Program-made: the position numbers and the translations under genes
Notes under the pieces: model-generated
What the model saw: only the letters and a program-made list of their open reading frames with translations
Told to the model about the DNA's origin: nothing
Database searches by the model: none
From: Alphaproteobacteria bacterium
Lineage (GTDB): Bacteria > Pseudomonadota > Alphaproteobacteria > SPJN01
DNA: 64,000 bases
Direction of reading: 5' to 3'
Assembly: GCA_965229935.1 (NCBI GenBank)
Contig: CBDDKB010000002.1
Location: 130,178 to 194,177 of the forward strand
Shown here: piece after piece, positions 10,336-19,627 of the stretch
Layout of the letters: each line of letters starts with the position of its first letter
How positions within the stretch are numbered: position 1 is the stretch's first letter

Positions 10336-11034
10336 TTATTCGGGGTTGTTTTTGCCCGAAATGTCATAGGCAGTGCCCGTTCGGCCTGCGCTTTTGGGGT
10401 CTGGATTGGTTTTAAAGACCCGATCACCCAATCCCATTGAAACACCCCACCACTTATTTTCATTGTGAAAATGGTGCCAGCGATGTTCCTGCACCCGGCG
10501 CTTGTAATAGCTGCCCGGTGGGCACCATTTGATATGGGCCAGATAGTGGCACCACTCATAATGTAGTGGCATCAGGAAAAAGAATGCCAAAACCCCATGA
10601 ACTACTGCGGCGGGAAAAAGCAAATAGGGCAGCAAAATAAGGGGGCTGACCAAGGGGAAAACATGTAGGGGGATGAAAATCTGCGGCACATCCCACGGTT
10701 CTTTATGATGATCACGGTGCGTTTGCGGCAGCTTGAAATCCCATTTGCGCCCGAACAGCTTGACCGGCCTGTAATGCAGAATATGGACATGAATGCCCCA
10801 TTCCAGAAAGGGCCAGAATGCGATGATGGCAACGGGGCCTAGCAATTCCCAGGGGTTGAACGCCCCTGCGCTGATGCGCAGCGCAGAAAAAGTCACCACA
10901 AGCAATGACAGGATGATTGCTGACGGGTGGGAGAAAAACACACCAAATGCCGTGCCTGCATTGTCAGGCGCGTCATGGGTGAACAGGGGCTTGACCCCTT
11001 TGGGCGTGTTTTGGGCGGTGTTGAGATTGGTCAT
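10336..11034 (-). CDS. Fatty acid hydroxylase / sterol desaturase superfamily membrane protein
   Basis: Histidine boxes HRDHH, HYLAHIKW and HRWHHFH. ATG at 11032-11034 (minus strand). Confidence 0.55.
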   Translation of the reverse strand: MTNLNTAQNTPKGVKPLFTHDAPDNAGTAFGVFFSHPSAIILSLLVVTFSALRISAGAFNPWELLGPVAIIAFWPFLEWGIHVHILHYRPVKLFGRKWDFKLPQTHRDHHKEPWDVPQIFIPLHVFPLVSPLILLPYLLFPAAVVHGVLAFFFLMPLHYEWCHYLAHIKWCPPGSYYKRRVQEHRWHHFHNENKWWGVSMGLGDRVFKTNPDPKSAGRTGTAYDISGKNNPE

Positions 11035-11097
11035 AAGCTGATTTTACCCGCTTTGGGCCTTTTGAAACAAGTCGCGACTTTAAGCGTGAAGGGGCAA

Positions 11098-11173
11098 TGG
11101 TGGAGCCGGACGGAATCGAACCGACGACCTCAGCAGTGCGATTGCTGCGCTCTCCCAACTGAGCTACGGCCCC
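11098..11173 (-). tRNA. tRNA-Ala (anticodon CGC)
   Basis: Reverse complement is GGGGCCGTAGCTCAGTTGGGAGAGCGCAGCAATCGCACTGCTGAGGTCGTCGGTTCGATTCCGTCCGGCTCCACCA, 76 nt. G3:U70 Ala identity pair. Anticodon loop ATCGCAC. One T-stem mismatch by my reading. Confidence 0.8.
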
Positions 11174-11299
11174 GTTCGGCTGTCATATCCGCCAGCCCCT
11201 TGACCGTCAAGTTCAAGAAAAGTGGGGTTTTGGCGGATTAGAGGTTGCAAATCCGTATGGACAATAATATGTAGATATTATAACTATTACACCTATTGA

Positions 11300-11557
11300 G
11301 TGTGTTGGGGGTGGGGTGTCTGCGTGAGTGCATTGAAAAGCAGAAATGTCAGGGTCGGTGCCCGGCGCACCAGCGTCAGGCTGGAGCCTGAATTGTGGGC
11401 GGCACTTGAATGGATTGCAAGCCGGGATGGCCGGACTATCAACGCGATCTGTACAGATCTGGCTGCCGCAGGTCCTGCAATGAAGGGGGGATTAACCTCT
11501 GCCCTACGGGTTTATATCGTTACGCAGCTACAATCCTATATCCCCATCAAGGCATGA
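11300..11557 (+). CDS. Ribbon-helix-helix domain protein (COG4321-like), start uncertain
   Basis: Motif SVRLEPELWAALEWIASRDGRTINAICTDL resembles the conserved small RHH proteins of alphaproteobacteria. Confidence 0.35.
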   Translation: MCWGWGVCVSALKSRNVRVGARRTSVRLEPELWAALEWIASRDGRTINAICTDLAAAGPAMKGGLTSALRVYIVTQLQSYIPIKA

Positions 11558-12464
11558 CGCTTACGCTGTCCGGTCCGGCACCAGCAATCAATAACAATAG
11601 CGGCATCGTCAGAAAGCTCACGGCTGTGCCGATCAATACGGCTGCTGCCACCAATTCTGGCGAGCGGCGATATTGTTCTGCAAAGACATATGTCATCACC
11701 GCCGTCGGCATCGACATTTGAATGATAAACGCCCCTTGTTGGGCACCAGTCATCCCAAGTGCTCTAGAAAGCCCAAAACTGATTGCGAGCCCTAATGCCA
11801 ATCGGCTTACCGCCATTATCAAGCCTTTGCCAATGCTGTTGATGCGCAGCTTTGCGATAGAGACCCCCAAGGTCACAAGCATCAGCGGCACCAACATCTG
11901 GCTTAACATGGTGGCACTATTGTCGAGCCATGCGGGCAGGGGTGTTTGTGTAATGGCAAGGGGCAGGGCCAACACAACGGCCCAGATCATCGGCATGCGC
12001 GCAAGTGTGCTGAACCTGAATGTGCCTGAGGCGATGGCTACACCCAAAGTATATTGCAGGATCGCAACAGGCACGAATGTGCCGATGGCATAGGCGATAC
12101 CTGTTTCCCCAAATCCGTAAAGCACAAGGGGCAGTCCCATATTGCCGATATTGGGGAACATCAAAACGGGCAAATAGGTGCGTAAATCTTGACCTGTCAG
12201 TTTCAAGCCGATTGCACCGACAAGTGCAAAAAGGCCGATGGCTGCAATGGTTGCAACACTCGTTAGTCCTAATTCGGTGAGAGGGACCGGCAGCGAGGTC
12301 AGCGTTACAAAAATCAATGCCGGGGCCGCAACACGGGCCGTCAGCAAAGAGATAAACTCCGAATTATAGTCGTCGCCAAAGCGTGCCCAGCTATAGCCAA
12401 TTGCAGCGGCGACAAAGACCGGGGCGATGATTGCGAACAAGTGTGAAAAGACCGACAGGTCCAT
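11547..12464 (-). CDS. AEC (auxin efflux carrier) family transporter
   Basis: 305 aa, about 10 TM. N-terminus MDLSVFSHLFAIIAPVFVAAAIGY is typical of the AEC/MdcF family. Confidence 0.7.
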   Translation of the reverse strand: MDLSVFSHLFAIIAPVFVAAAIGYSWARFGDDYNSEFISLLTARVAAPALIFVTLTSLPVPLTELGLTSVATIAAIGLFALVGAIGLKLTGQDLRTYLPVLMFPNIGNMGLPLVLYGFGETGIAYAIGTFVPVAILQYTLGVAIASGTFRFSTLARMPMIWAVVLALPLAITQTPLPAWLDNSATMLSQMLVPLMLVTLGVSIAKLRINSIGKGLIMAVSRLALGLAISFGLSRALGMTGAQQGAFIIQMSMPTAVMTYVFAEQYRRSPELVAAAVLIGTAVSFLTMPLLLLIAGAGPDSVSVMP

Positions 12465-12581
12465 AGCCTAGATGTCTCCAATAGGTCCTGTGTTGTGACA
12501 AGTCCGGTCCACGAAGAAAAGAGTGTGGCGCGAATTTTGATTCGAATAACGCGATTCCACTCAATCGATAAAGCGCGCTCT

Positions 12582-12596
12582 CTGATTAGTTATCAG
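12582..12596. promoter_or_regulatory. Inverted repeat CTGATtagttATCAG in the 335-bp AT-rich leader of the secreted repeat-protein gene
   Basis: Palindromic arms ctgat/atcag in the intergenic region 12465..12800. Confidence 0.25.
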
Positions 12597-12800
12597 ATTT
12601 TCTACTTTGGGGAGAATGGCAAAATTGCAGCTCTGCGCAGAAGTGCGCGATTAAAATAAAACATTGTTTTATTTACTCTTTTTTAACTTTTATGCTCATT
12701 TTGGGAGCAAATCATATTGCCAATCTGACGCAGTAGGATAAGAATGCAGGCGCTGTTGGAGTGGCATCTGCAGCTTTTGTTTGTTCTAGGAGATTTTAAT

Positions 12801-13796
12801 ATGACAATGTCATTGCGTCACTTTGTGGCTGCTACGGCAGCGCTTGCGGTGGCTCCGGCGATGGTCGGCAGCGCATCTGCACAATCTATCCCTGATGTTC
12901 CGGTTATTGCTGATCTGTTGGGTGGTTCTGATATTCCTGATATTGATCTTGGCGGCGTTGTTGTCGTTGATCTGGATGTTCCCGCAGACAATGGCGATCC
13001 CATTGATCTGACCATTTTCATTAATAGCCCGACCGGTGAATCTGTCGAGCTGCCCGGCGACGTAACCGTGCCGTTGGTTGAAGCACTGCTTGGCGGTGTT
13101 GGTGGTGGTGCCGGCGGCACACCCGACCTTCCTCTTGTCGGCGATCTGCCTGTTGTTGGTGCGTTGCTTGATGGTGGTTTGCCAACTGATCCCTCTGCCA
13201 TTCCCGTCCTTGGCGACTTGATCGGCGGTGGTGCCGGTGGTCTGCCGACAGATCCGACTGCTTTGCTAGGCTCATTGCCTGTGCTTGGTGACTTGGCTGG
13301 CGGCGGTGCCGGCGGTTTGCCGACAGACCCGACTGCCTTGCTTGGCTCATTGCCTGTAGTTGGTGACCTTGTTGGTGGCGGTACAGGTGGCCTGCCCACC
13401 GACCCGACTGCCTTGTTGGGATCAATTCCTGTCCTTGGCGATTTAGCCGGTGGCGGCGCTGGTGGCCTGCCCACCGACCCGACAGCATTGCTGGGGTCAT
13501 TGCCCCTAGGTACAGATACCTTGTTCGCAATCGTCCCTGTTGATCTTACCGATCTGACCAATGCGGTGCCGACTGATTTGACAGCGCTTCCGATTGATGT
13601 GACAGGCCTGATTGGTGGTGCCGGTGCTGGCAGCCTGCCGATTGACCCTGCTTCATTGCTTGACCCGGCAGCATTGCTGGGCGGCGGTGGCCTGCCCATA
13701 GACCCGACATCCTTGTTGGGCGGTGGCGCAGGTGGTCTACCGTTGGATCTGGGCTCCTTGCCCGTGGTTGGTGATGTGTTGGGTAGCTTGATCTAA
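12801..13796 (+). CDS. Secreted Gly/Leu/Asp/Pro-rich tandem-repeat protein (unknown family)
   Basis: ATG at 12801 with AGGAG 8 nt upstream. Sec signal MTMSLRHFVAATAALAVAPAMVGSASA|QS. At least four 25-aa repeats GGGAGGLPTDPTALLGSLPVLGDLA. Two tandem terminators follow. Confidence 0.7.
   Translation: MTMSLRHFVAATAALAVAPAMVGSASAQSIPDVPVIADLLGGSDIPDIDLGGVVVVDLDVPADNGDPIDLTIFINSPTGESVELPGDVTVPLVEALLGGVGGGAGGTPDLPLVGDLPVVGALLDGGLPTDPSAIPVLGDLIGGGAGGLPTDPTALLGSLPVLGDLAGGGAGGLPTDPTALLGSLPVVGDLVGGGTGGLPTDPTALLGSIPVLGDLAGGGAGGLPTDPTALLGSLPLGTDTLFAIVPVDLTDLTNAVPTDLTALPIDVTGLIGGAGAGSLPIDPASLLDPAALLGGGGLPIDPTSLLGGGAGGLPLDLGSLPVVGDVLGSLI
13224..13520 (+). repeat. In-frame 75-bp tandem repeats (about 4 copies, with degenerate copies upstream from about 13095)
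   Basis: DNA and protein periodicity seen directly. Units differ at synonymous and conservative sites. Confidence 0.8.
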
Positions 13797-13866
13797 CCCG
13801 GTTATCAGCCATCGTACTGGTCGGCTGAGTTTTCCCCCAAATTTGCGAATCCGATCAGTACGGATT

Positions 13867-13899
13867 GAGCGGCGGCCCATAAAGCCGCCGCTCTTTTTT
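13867..13899 (+). terminator. Rho-independent terminator (10-bp GC stem gagcggcggc/gccgccgctc plus T6)
   Basis: Perfect stem, 7-nt loop, TTTTTT. A weaker hairpin plus GTTTT sits at 13805..13833. Confidence 0.75.
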
Positions 13900-14048
13900 G
13901 TGTGTTTTCTTTGTGAAACTAGGCTTAGTTTATCGTTAGGTCTGTATTAACCACTTCTACTTACCTTTCTAGGCAACGTCATGATCGTGGTGGCGTCAAA
14001 AATGGTCCGTGGCGGGCGGGCTGATAATTAGCCAGAGAGGATAATGAG

Positions 14049-15218
14049 ATGGTTTCTTCCTTCCGTAGTTTTTTAGCAGTTGGGTTGGTGGTGGCAGCCC
14101 CGCTAACCGTTGGTGGCGCAATGGCGCAAACCGTGCCGGACCTTGGTGTTGTCATTGATCCGGTTGTTGACATTATTGACCCGGTCGATGTCCTCGACCC
14201 GGTTGTTGATTTGGTTGACCCAGTTGTGCCGGGTAATGTGAATGTCGATGTTGATGTTGACGTGGATTTGACAGATTTGTCTGGCGTTACGACGTTGCGC
14301 GATATGATCAATACTGCCATCGCCAATCGTGATTTTGATGGCGACGGGGTTCCCGGTGATGTTGCCAATTTGGATGAATTGAAATCCCTGCTGGCGGAGC
14401 GGATTGAAAATGGCGAAATCCCAATCGATCAGGATCGCCTTGCTGCCTTCCGCGAACGGTTCGGCGGCCTTGAAGGTGGCATTGGGGGCGAAGGTGCCGG
14501 GTCTGTAGACATCTTGGCAATGCGCGAAACCTTTATGGCGCGTTTGGAAGAACGCGGCATCGACACAAGCAGGCTAGAGGCATTGCATGACCGCTTTGCG
14601 GGCGGTCTGCTCGGTCATGGTGCCTTGCCGACAGACGGTGCCCTGCCAACAGATGGTGGCGCACTTAACGGTGTACTTGGCGGTGCAATGGGCGCCCGCG
14701 GTTTCGACCCGTCGGTTCTGCTGGGTGCCCTAGGCGGTCTGCGTGGTGCAGGCGGTGCTGAAGGTGTCGACCTTGGCAATCTTGGCGGCGGCGCATTAGG
14801 CGGTGGTTTTGATCCGTCTGTTCTTCTGGGTGCTCTTGGCGGTCTGCGTGGTGCAGGCGGTGCTGAAGGCGTTGACCTTGGCAGTCTTGGCGGCGGCGCG
14901 TTGGGCGGCGGGTTTGATCCGTCTGTTCTTCTGGGTGCCCTCGGCGGTCTGCGCGGTGCAGGCGGTGCTGAAGGCGTTGACCTTGGCAATCTTGGCGGCG
15001 GCGCGTTGGGCGGCGGTTTTGATCCGTCGGCGCTGTTAGGTGCTTTAGGTGGCCTTGGTGGTGCTGGCGGTGCTGGCGGCCTTGGTGGCGGCGCAACAGG
15101 TGGCAGCTTTGATCCGTCCGCCTTGCTTGGTGCCTTGGGTGGTCTGCAAGGTGCTGGTGCGACAGGCGGTGCAGGGTTTGACCCGTCGACGCTGTTTTCA
15201 CGTATTCGTCGGCGCTAA
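14049..15218 (+). CDS. Secreted Gly/Asp/Leu-rich tandem-repeat protein, paralog of 12801..13796
   Basis: ATG at 14049 with AGAGAGG SD. Signal MVSSFRSFLAVGLVVAAPLTVGGAMA|QT. Asp/Pro/Val N-domain. Three near-perfect 35-aa repeats GFDPSVLLGALGGLRGAGGAEGVDLGNLGGGALGG, then degenerate copies. Confidence 0.7.
   Translation: MVSSFRSFLAVGLVVAAPLTVGGAMAQTVPDLGVVIDPVVDIIDPVDVLDPVVDLVDPVVPGNVNVDVDVDVDLTDLSGVTTLRDMINTAIANRDFDGDGVPGDVANLDELKSLLAERIENGEIPIDQDRLAAFRERFGGLEGGIGGEGAGSVDILAMRETFMARLEERGIDTSRLEALHDRFAGGLLGHGALPTDGALPTDGGALNGVLGGAMGARGFDPSVLLGALGGLRGAGGAEGVDLGNLGGGALGGGFDPSVLLGALGGLRGAGGAEGVDLGSLGGGALGGGFDPSVLLGALGGLRGAGGAEGVDLGNLGGGALGGGFDPSALLGALGGLGGAGGAGGLGGGATGGSFDPSALLGALGGLQGAGATGGAGFDPSTLFSRIRRR
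14700..15014 (+). repeat. Three near-identical in-frame 105-bp tandem repeats, with degenerate copies to about 15200
   Basis: Seen directly in the DNA. Copies differ only at Asn/Ser and a few synonymous positions. Confidence 0.85.
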
Positions 15219-15242
15219 GTCTCATCTGACATAATTTAAGGC

Positions 15243-15270
15243 GGCCCTTACGTGCGTAGGGGCCGTTTTT
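15243..15270. terminator. Hairpin ggcccttacg..cgtaggggcc plus GTTTTT between convergent genes; probably bidirectional
   Basis: Lies 25 nt after the repeat-protein stop. Overlaps the ABC ATPase stop on the other strand. Confidence 0.5.
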
Positions 15271-16252
15271 ACGTGCGCGTCAGGTGGAGGAAGATATCCT
15301 CAAGGTCTGATTCAACAGTGCTTAGATCCTGAATGCCAACGGCCGCGTTCTGAACCGCGCTTAGGACTTCGCTGACGGAATGATCGCGCGGGCTATAGCG
15401 AATGGCCAACTGCCCGTCCGGGCGCAACTCACCCGTAAAAGGGGCAAGCCCATCTGGAACGGCTGTCAGGCTTTCACTTGGGGTGATCAATAATTGCTTT
15501 TCATCAATCCGTGAAATCAGATCGCGTGTCGGCTCGCAGGCAATAAGCTCGCCATGATTGATGATGGCGATCTGGTCACACAGCTCTTCTGCCTCTTCCA
15601 GATAATGTGTGGTCAGAACGATGGTCGTACCGTGGGCGTGCAGCGCGCGGACATAATCCCAAAGCTGTTGGCGCAGTTCTACGTCAACGCCGGCTGTCGG
15701 CTCATCCAACACCAAAATCGGCGGATTGTGCACCATCGCCTTCGCGACCAGCAATCGGCGCCGCATCCCGCCTGACAGGGTGCGGGCATAGGCATCGGCC
15801 TTATCATCAAGGGCAAGGGCTTTTAGGATTTCCATACTGCGGCGTTGGGATTTCGGCACCGCATAAAGGCCTGCCTGAATCTCCAAAATGTCAAAGGGGG
15901 TAAAGAACGGGTCGATATTCAGCTCTTGCGGCACAATCCCAATAGACGCACGGGCCTGCCGTGGATTGGCGTCAATGTCAAAGCCCCAGATGCGCGCCGA
16001 CCCTTCTGATTTTGTGACAAGCCCGGCAAGGATGTTGATAAATGTCGACTTCCCGGCCCCATTGGGTCCCAACAGGCCAAAAATCGACCCGCGCGGGATC
16101 TGTAGATTAATCCCCTTCAGCGCGTGTTTGGCTGGCTGCCCATTGGCAGCCTTATAGGTTTTTTGCAGGTTTTCCGCCTCAATCGCGAAATCCTGCGCGT
16201 TTACTTGCCCGTTTTTCGGCACGTCCCTGTCCTGTTCTTGTCCCGCGCGCAT
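15269..16252 (-). CDS. ABC transporter ATP-binding protein (ABC-2/NatA-like, with about 80-aa C-terminal extension)
   Basis: Walker A GPNGAGKST, signature LSGGMRRR, Walker B ILVLDEPT, H-loop. No permease gene adjacent on either side. Confidence 0.8.
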   Translation of the reverse strand: MRAGQEQDRDVPKNGQVNAQDFAIEAENLQKTYKAANGQPAKHALKGINLQIPRGSIFGLLGPNGAGKSTFINILAGLVTKSEGSARIWGFDIDANPRQARASIGIVPQELNIDPFFTPFDILEIQAGLYAVPKSQRRSMEILKALALDDKADAYARTLSGGMRRRLLVAKAMVHNPPILVLDEPTAGVDVELRQQLWDYVRALHAHGTTIVLTTHYLEEAEELCDQIAIINHGELIACEPTRDLISRIDEKQLLITPSESLTAVPDGLAPFTGELRPDGQLAIRYSPRDHSVSEVLSAVQNAAVGIQDLSTVESDLEDIFLHLTRT

Positions 16253-16391
16253 TTGTTGCGTCTGATACGCCTACAAAGCACGTCTGGGGAGTTGCACCAT
16301 TAATCCACATGGGTATCATCCAGCAACAAAGCGGGTCAATCTGTGATCGCACGGAATTTTCCCGACCAATGCCATTAAGTGTGAGGACACT

Positions 16392-16565
16392 ATGTCAGCC
16401 AATCCTGAACAGACTGCGCCTGAAGTCATCGAAACCAATCAGCATCGTGTTGCCTGTAATGGTGGCGGTGGTGCATTAGGGCACCCCAAAGTCTATCTTG
16501 AGATGGGCGATGACCATCAGGTCACTTGCCCCTATTGCGGACGTATTTATAAGCTGGCGCATTAA
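16392..16565 (+). CDS. Small zinc-finger protein (zf-CHCC-like), 57 aa; absent from the ORF track because it is under 60 aa
   Basis: ATG at 16392 after GAGGA. Translation MSANPEQTAPEVIETNQHRVACNGGGGALGHPKVYLEMGDDHQVTCPYCGRIYKLAH. Stops 5 nt before polA. Confidence 0.55.
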   Translation: MSANPEQTAPEVIETNQHRVACNGGGGALGHPKVYLEMGDDHQVTCPYCGRIYKLAH

Positions 16566-16570
16566 GTCGG

Positions 16571-19468
16571 ATGACGAGTGCTGCTGCGATTCTTGGTCCT
16601 GACAAGGCAGGGGCCATCGGCCCAGATGATCATCTGATTCTGGTTGATGGATCTGCCTATATTTTCCGCGCCTATCACGCCTTGCCGCCCCTGACCCGTT
16701 CAACCGATGGGTTGCCTGTCGGCGCGGTGTCAGGCTTTTGCACCATGTTGCACAAGCTGGTGGATGATGCCCTGACAGGGAAGGAAGAGCATCGGCCAAG
16801 CCACATCGCCGTGATCTTTGACCCGCCCGGCGGTAGTTTCCGTAACGAGATGTATGATCTTTATAAGGCGAACCGCGATGCGCCGCCCGAAGATCTGATC
16901 CCGCAATTCCCATTGGTGCGGGATGCAACCCGCGCCTTTTCCTTGCCTGCGGTTGAGCTTAAGGGTTTTGAGGCTGACGATTTGATCGCGACCTATGCCA
17001 AGGCGGCAGAGGCGCAAGGCGCCTTTGTCACCATTGTTTCCTCGGACAAGGATCTGATGCAATTGGTGACCGATAAGGTCACGATGCTTGATCCCATGAA
17101 GAACAAGCGGATTGATCCTGACGGCGTTGTTGAGAAATTCGGGGTTGGGCCTGACCGGGTGGTGGATGTGCAGGCGCTGGCCGGTGACAGTGCCGATAAT
17201 GTGCCCGGCGTGCCCGGCATTGGGATTAAAACCGCCGCCTTGTTGATCAATGAATATGGCGATCTTGATACGCTGCTCGAACGGGCAGGAGAGATCAAGC
17301 AGCCCAAGCGCCGCGAGAACTTGCTTGAATTCGCAGATCAGGCGCGCCTGTCGCGCGATTTGGTACAGCTTGCGATTGACGCCCCGGTCGATGACAAGAT
17401 GGACACCTTCCAGGTGGAAAACCCTGACCCTGACACGCTTCTGGGCTTTTTGGCAGAGATGGAGTTTCGCACCCTGTCAAAGCGGATTGCCGGCCTGTTG
17501 GGGGTTGAGGCGCCAGAGATCGTTAAAAAGCAAAGCGCCAAGAAAAGTGAGACGCCTGCCACAGAAACCGGCGATGGCGGCCAGCCCGGCGTGCAACATA
17601 TCGCGGTTGAGGATGAGATTAATCCCGACGTTTATGAATGCGTCACCGACCTTGACCGTTTGCAGCATTGGATAGGCGAGGCAACCAAACAGGGCTATGT
17701 CGCCGTTGATACTGAAACCACAGGCCTTGATGCCATGCAGGTTGATCTTGTCGGCGTGTCATTGGCAACAGCGCCCGGTGTCGCCTGCTATATCCCCCTG
17801 GCCCATAAGGGCGCGGATGGTGATGGGCTGGCGCTAACCGATGATCGGCCCGACCAAATAGATTTTGATCAGGCAATTGGCCTTCTAAAACCAATGCTAG
17901 AGGATGAAAGCATCCTTAAAATCGGTCAAAATCTGAAGTTTGATATGCTGCTGCTGCGCCGCTATGGCATCACAGTTCAGGGCTTTGATGACACGATGCT
18001 GCTGTCCTATGCGCTGGATGGGGGCAAGACCAGTCACGGCATGGACACGTTGGCGGGTCGTCATCTTGATCATGCAACGATCCCCTTTAAGGAAGTGGCG
18101 GGCACAGGCAAAAAACAACTAACCTTTGATCAGGTGCCGCTTGATGCAGCGACCCGTTATGCGGGCGAGGATGCGGACGTCACCTTGCGCCTATGGGCGA
18201 TCTTAAAGCCCCGCCTAGCGGGTGAGCATATGGCAAAAGTCTATGAAGGGCTGGAACGCCCGCTGGTTTCTGCCTTGCTTGAGATGGAGGAGGCAGGCGT
18301 CAAGGTTGACCGCGAGGTTCTGGCGCGTCTATCCGCCCGTTTTGCGGACAAGATGGCAAGCCTTGAAACTGAAATTCATGACCTTGCCGGGGAACAGTTC
18401 AATATTGGCAGCCCCAAACAGCTTGGCGAAATTCTGTTTGATAAGATGGGCATCGAAGGCGGCAAGAAAACCAAGACAGGCGCATGGGCAACGCCCCATG
18501 ATGTGCTTGAAGGTTTGGCCGCGCAGGGGCATGAACTGCCTGCCAAGGTGCTTGACTGGCGCGGCGTGCAAAAGCTGAAAAGCACTTACACTGATGCGTT
18601 GCCCAATTTCATCAACCCAAGTACGGGCCGCATTCACACAAGCTATTCTATGGCAGCGGCAAGTACGGGCCGCCTAGCCTCAACCGATCCGAACTTACAA
18701 AACATTCCGATCCGCACCGAAGAAGGCCGCGAAATCCGCACCGCCTTTATTGCAGAGCCGGGCCATGTGTTGATGAGTGCGGATTACAGCCAGATAGAGC
18801 TGCGCCTGCTGGCCCATATTGCGGAAATTGAAACCCTGCAACAGGCCTTTAAGGACGGGCTTGATATCCATGCCATGACCGCATCAGAAGTGTTCGGTGT
18901 CCCGATTGAGGGGATGGACCCGATGGTGCGCCGCAAGGCCAAGGCGATTAACTTCGGCATCGTCTACGGCATCTCAGCCTTCGGGCTTGCCAATCAGCTT
19001 GGCATCGCAAGGGGGGAGGCAAGCGATTATATCGACGCTTACTTTGAAAAGTTCCCCGGCATTCGCGCCTATATGAACGACACAAAGGCTTTTGCGCGCG
19101 ATCACGGGTTTGTTGAAACCTGTTTTGGTCGCAAGGTGCACCTGCCCGACATCAATTCAAAGAATGGCGCACAGCGCGCCTTTAACGAACGGGCGGCAAT
19201 TAATGCGCCTATTCAGGGGTCTGCTGCCGATGTGATCCGCCGTGCCATGATCAGGCTGCCAGACGCGTTGCGCGCTGCAAATCTTGACACAAAGATGCTG
19301 CTGCAAGTGCATGACGAATTGGTCTTTGAAGTGCCAGAGGCGGAGGTTGATCAGGCAAAGGCGCTGGTCACTGAGATTATGGAACATGCGGCTGAGCCGC
19401 TGTTGCACCTGTCTGTTCCCCTGACCGTCGATGCAGGCATTGGCCAGAATTGGCAAGAGGCTCACTAA
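16571..19468 (+). CDS. polA: DNA polymerase I
   Basis: 965 aa with 5'-3' exonuclease, 3'-5' exonuclease and polymerase domains. Motifs RRKAKAINFGIVYG and QVHDELVFE. Confidence 0.95.
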   Translation: MTSAAAILGPDKAGAIGPDDHLILVDGSAYIFRAYHALPPLTRSTDGLPVGAVSGFCTMLHKLVDDALTGKEEHRPSHIAVIFDPPGGSFRNEMYDLYKANRDAPPEDLIPQFPLVRDATRAFSLPAVELKGFEADDLIATYAKAAEAQGAFVTIVSSDKDLMQLVTDKVTMLDPMKNKRIDPDGVVEKFGVGPDRVVDVQALAGDSADNVPGVPGIGIKTAALLINEYGDLDTLLERAGEIKQPKRRENLLEFADQARLSRDLVQLAIDAPVDDKMDTFQVENPDPDTLLGFLAEMEFRTLSKRIAGLLGVEAPEIVKKQSAKKSETPATETGDGGQPGVQHIAVEDEINPDVYECVTDLDRLQHWIGEATKQGYVAVDTETTGLDAMQVDLVGVSLATAPGVACYIPLAHKGADGDGLALTDDRPDQIDFDQAIGLLKPMLEDESILKIGQNLKFDMLLLRRYGITVQGFDDTMLLSYALDGGKTSHGMDTLAGRHLDHATIPFKEVAGTGKKQLTFDQVPLDAATRYAGEDADVTLRLWAILKPRLAGEHMAKVYEGLERPLVSALLEMEEAGVKVDREVLARLSARFADKMASLETEIHDLAGEQFNIGSPKQLGEILFDKMGIEGGKKTKTGAWATPHDVLEGLAAQGHELPAKVLDWRGVQKLKSTYTDALPNFINPSTGRIHTSYSMAAASTGRLASTDPNLQNIPIRTEEGREIRTAFIAEPGHVLMSADYSQIELRLLAHIAEIETLQQAFKDGLDIHAMTASEVFGVPIEGMDPMVRRKAKAINFGIVYGISAFGLANQLGIARGEASDYIDAYFEKFPGIRAYMNDTKAFARDHGFVETCFGRKVHLPDINSKNGAQRAFNERAAINAPIQGSAADVIRRAMIRLPDALRAANLDTKMLLQVHDELVFEVPEAEVDQAKALVTEIMEHAAEPLLHLSVPLTVDAGIGQNWQEAH

Positions 19469-19520
19469 CAAGAGGCGCACTGACAAGGGGCGCACTGACA
19501 GCAGGCCGACTAAGCTGACA
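19452..19520. repeat. Four degenerate direct repeats with a CTGACA/CTAACA core at about 15-nt spacing, immediately after the polA stop
   Basis: actaacaagag / gcgcactgacaaggg / gcgcactgacagcag / gccgactaagctgacag. Confidence 0.4.
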
Positions 19521-19627
19521 GATTGATGCGGGAAGGCAAGTTTTGTTGTCTTCTCGACAGGTGTTGCAAAAAATGCTTGATAAATGCAACAAATTGTGCC
19601 TATGGTTTATAGGTTGGTACAACATGG

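Noticed and set aside
12818-13699. Long antisense ORFs (12818..13699, 13021..13530, 13546..13812, 14615..14989, 14665..15225 on the minus strand) across the secreted repeat genes
   Set aside because: They are products of GC-rich, stop-poor repeat DNA. They lack SD sequences and signal peptides, and the sense frames have strong SD, signal peptide and terminators.
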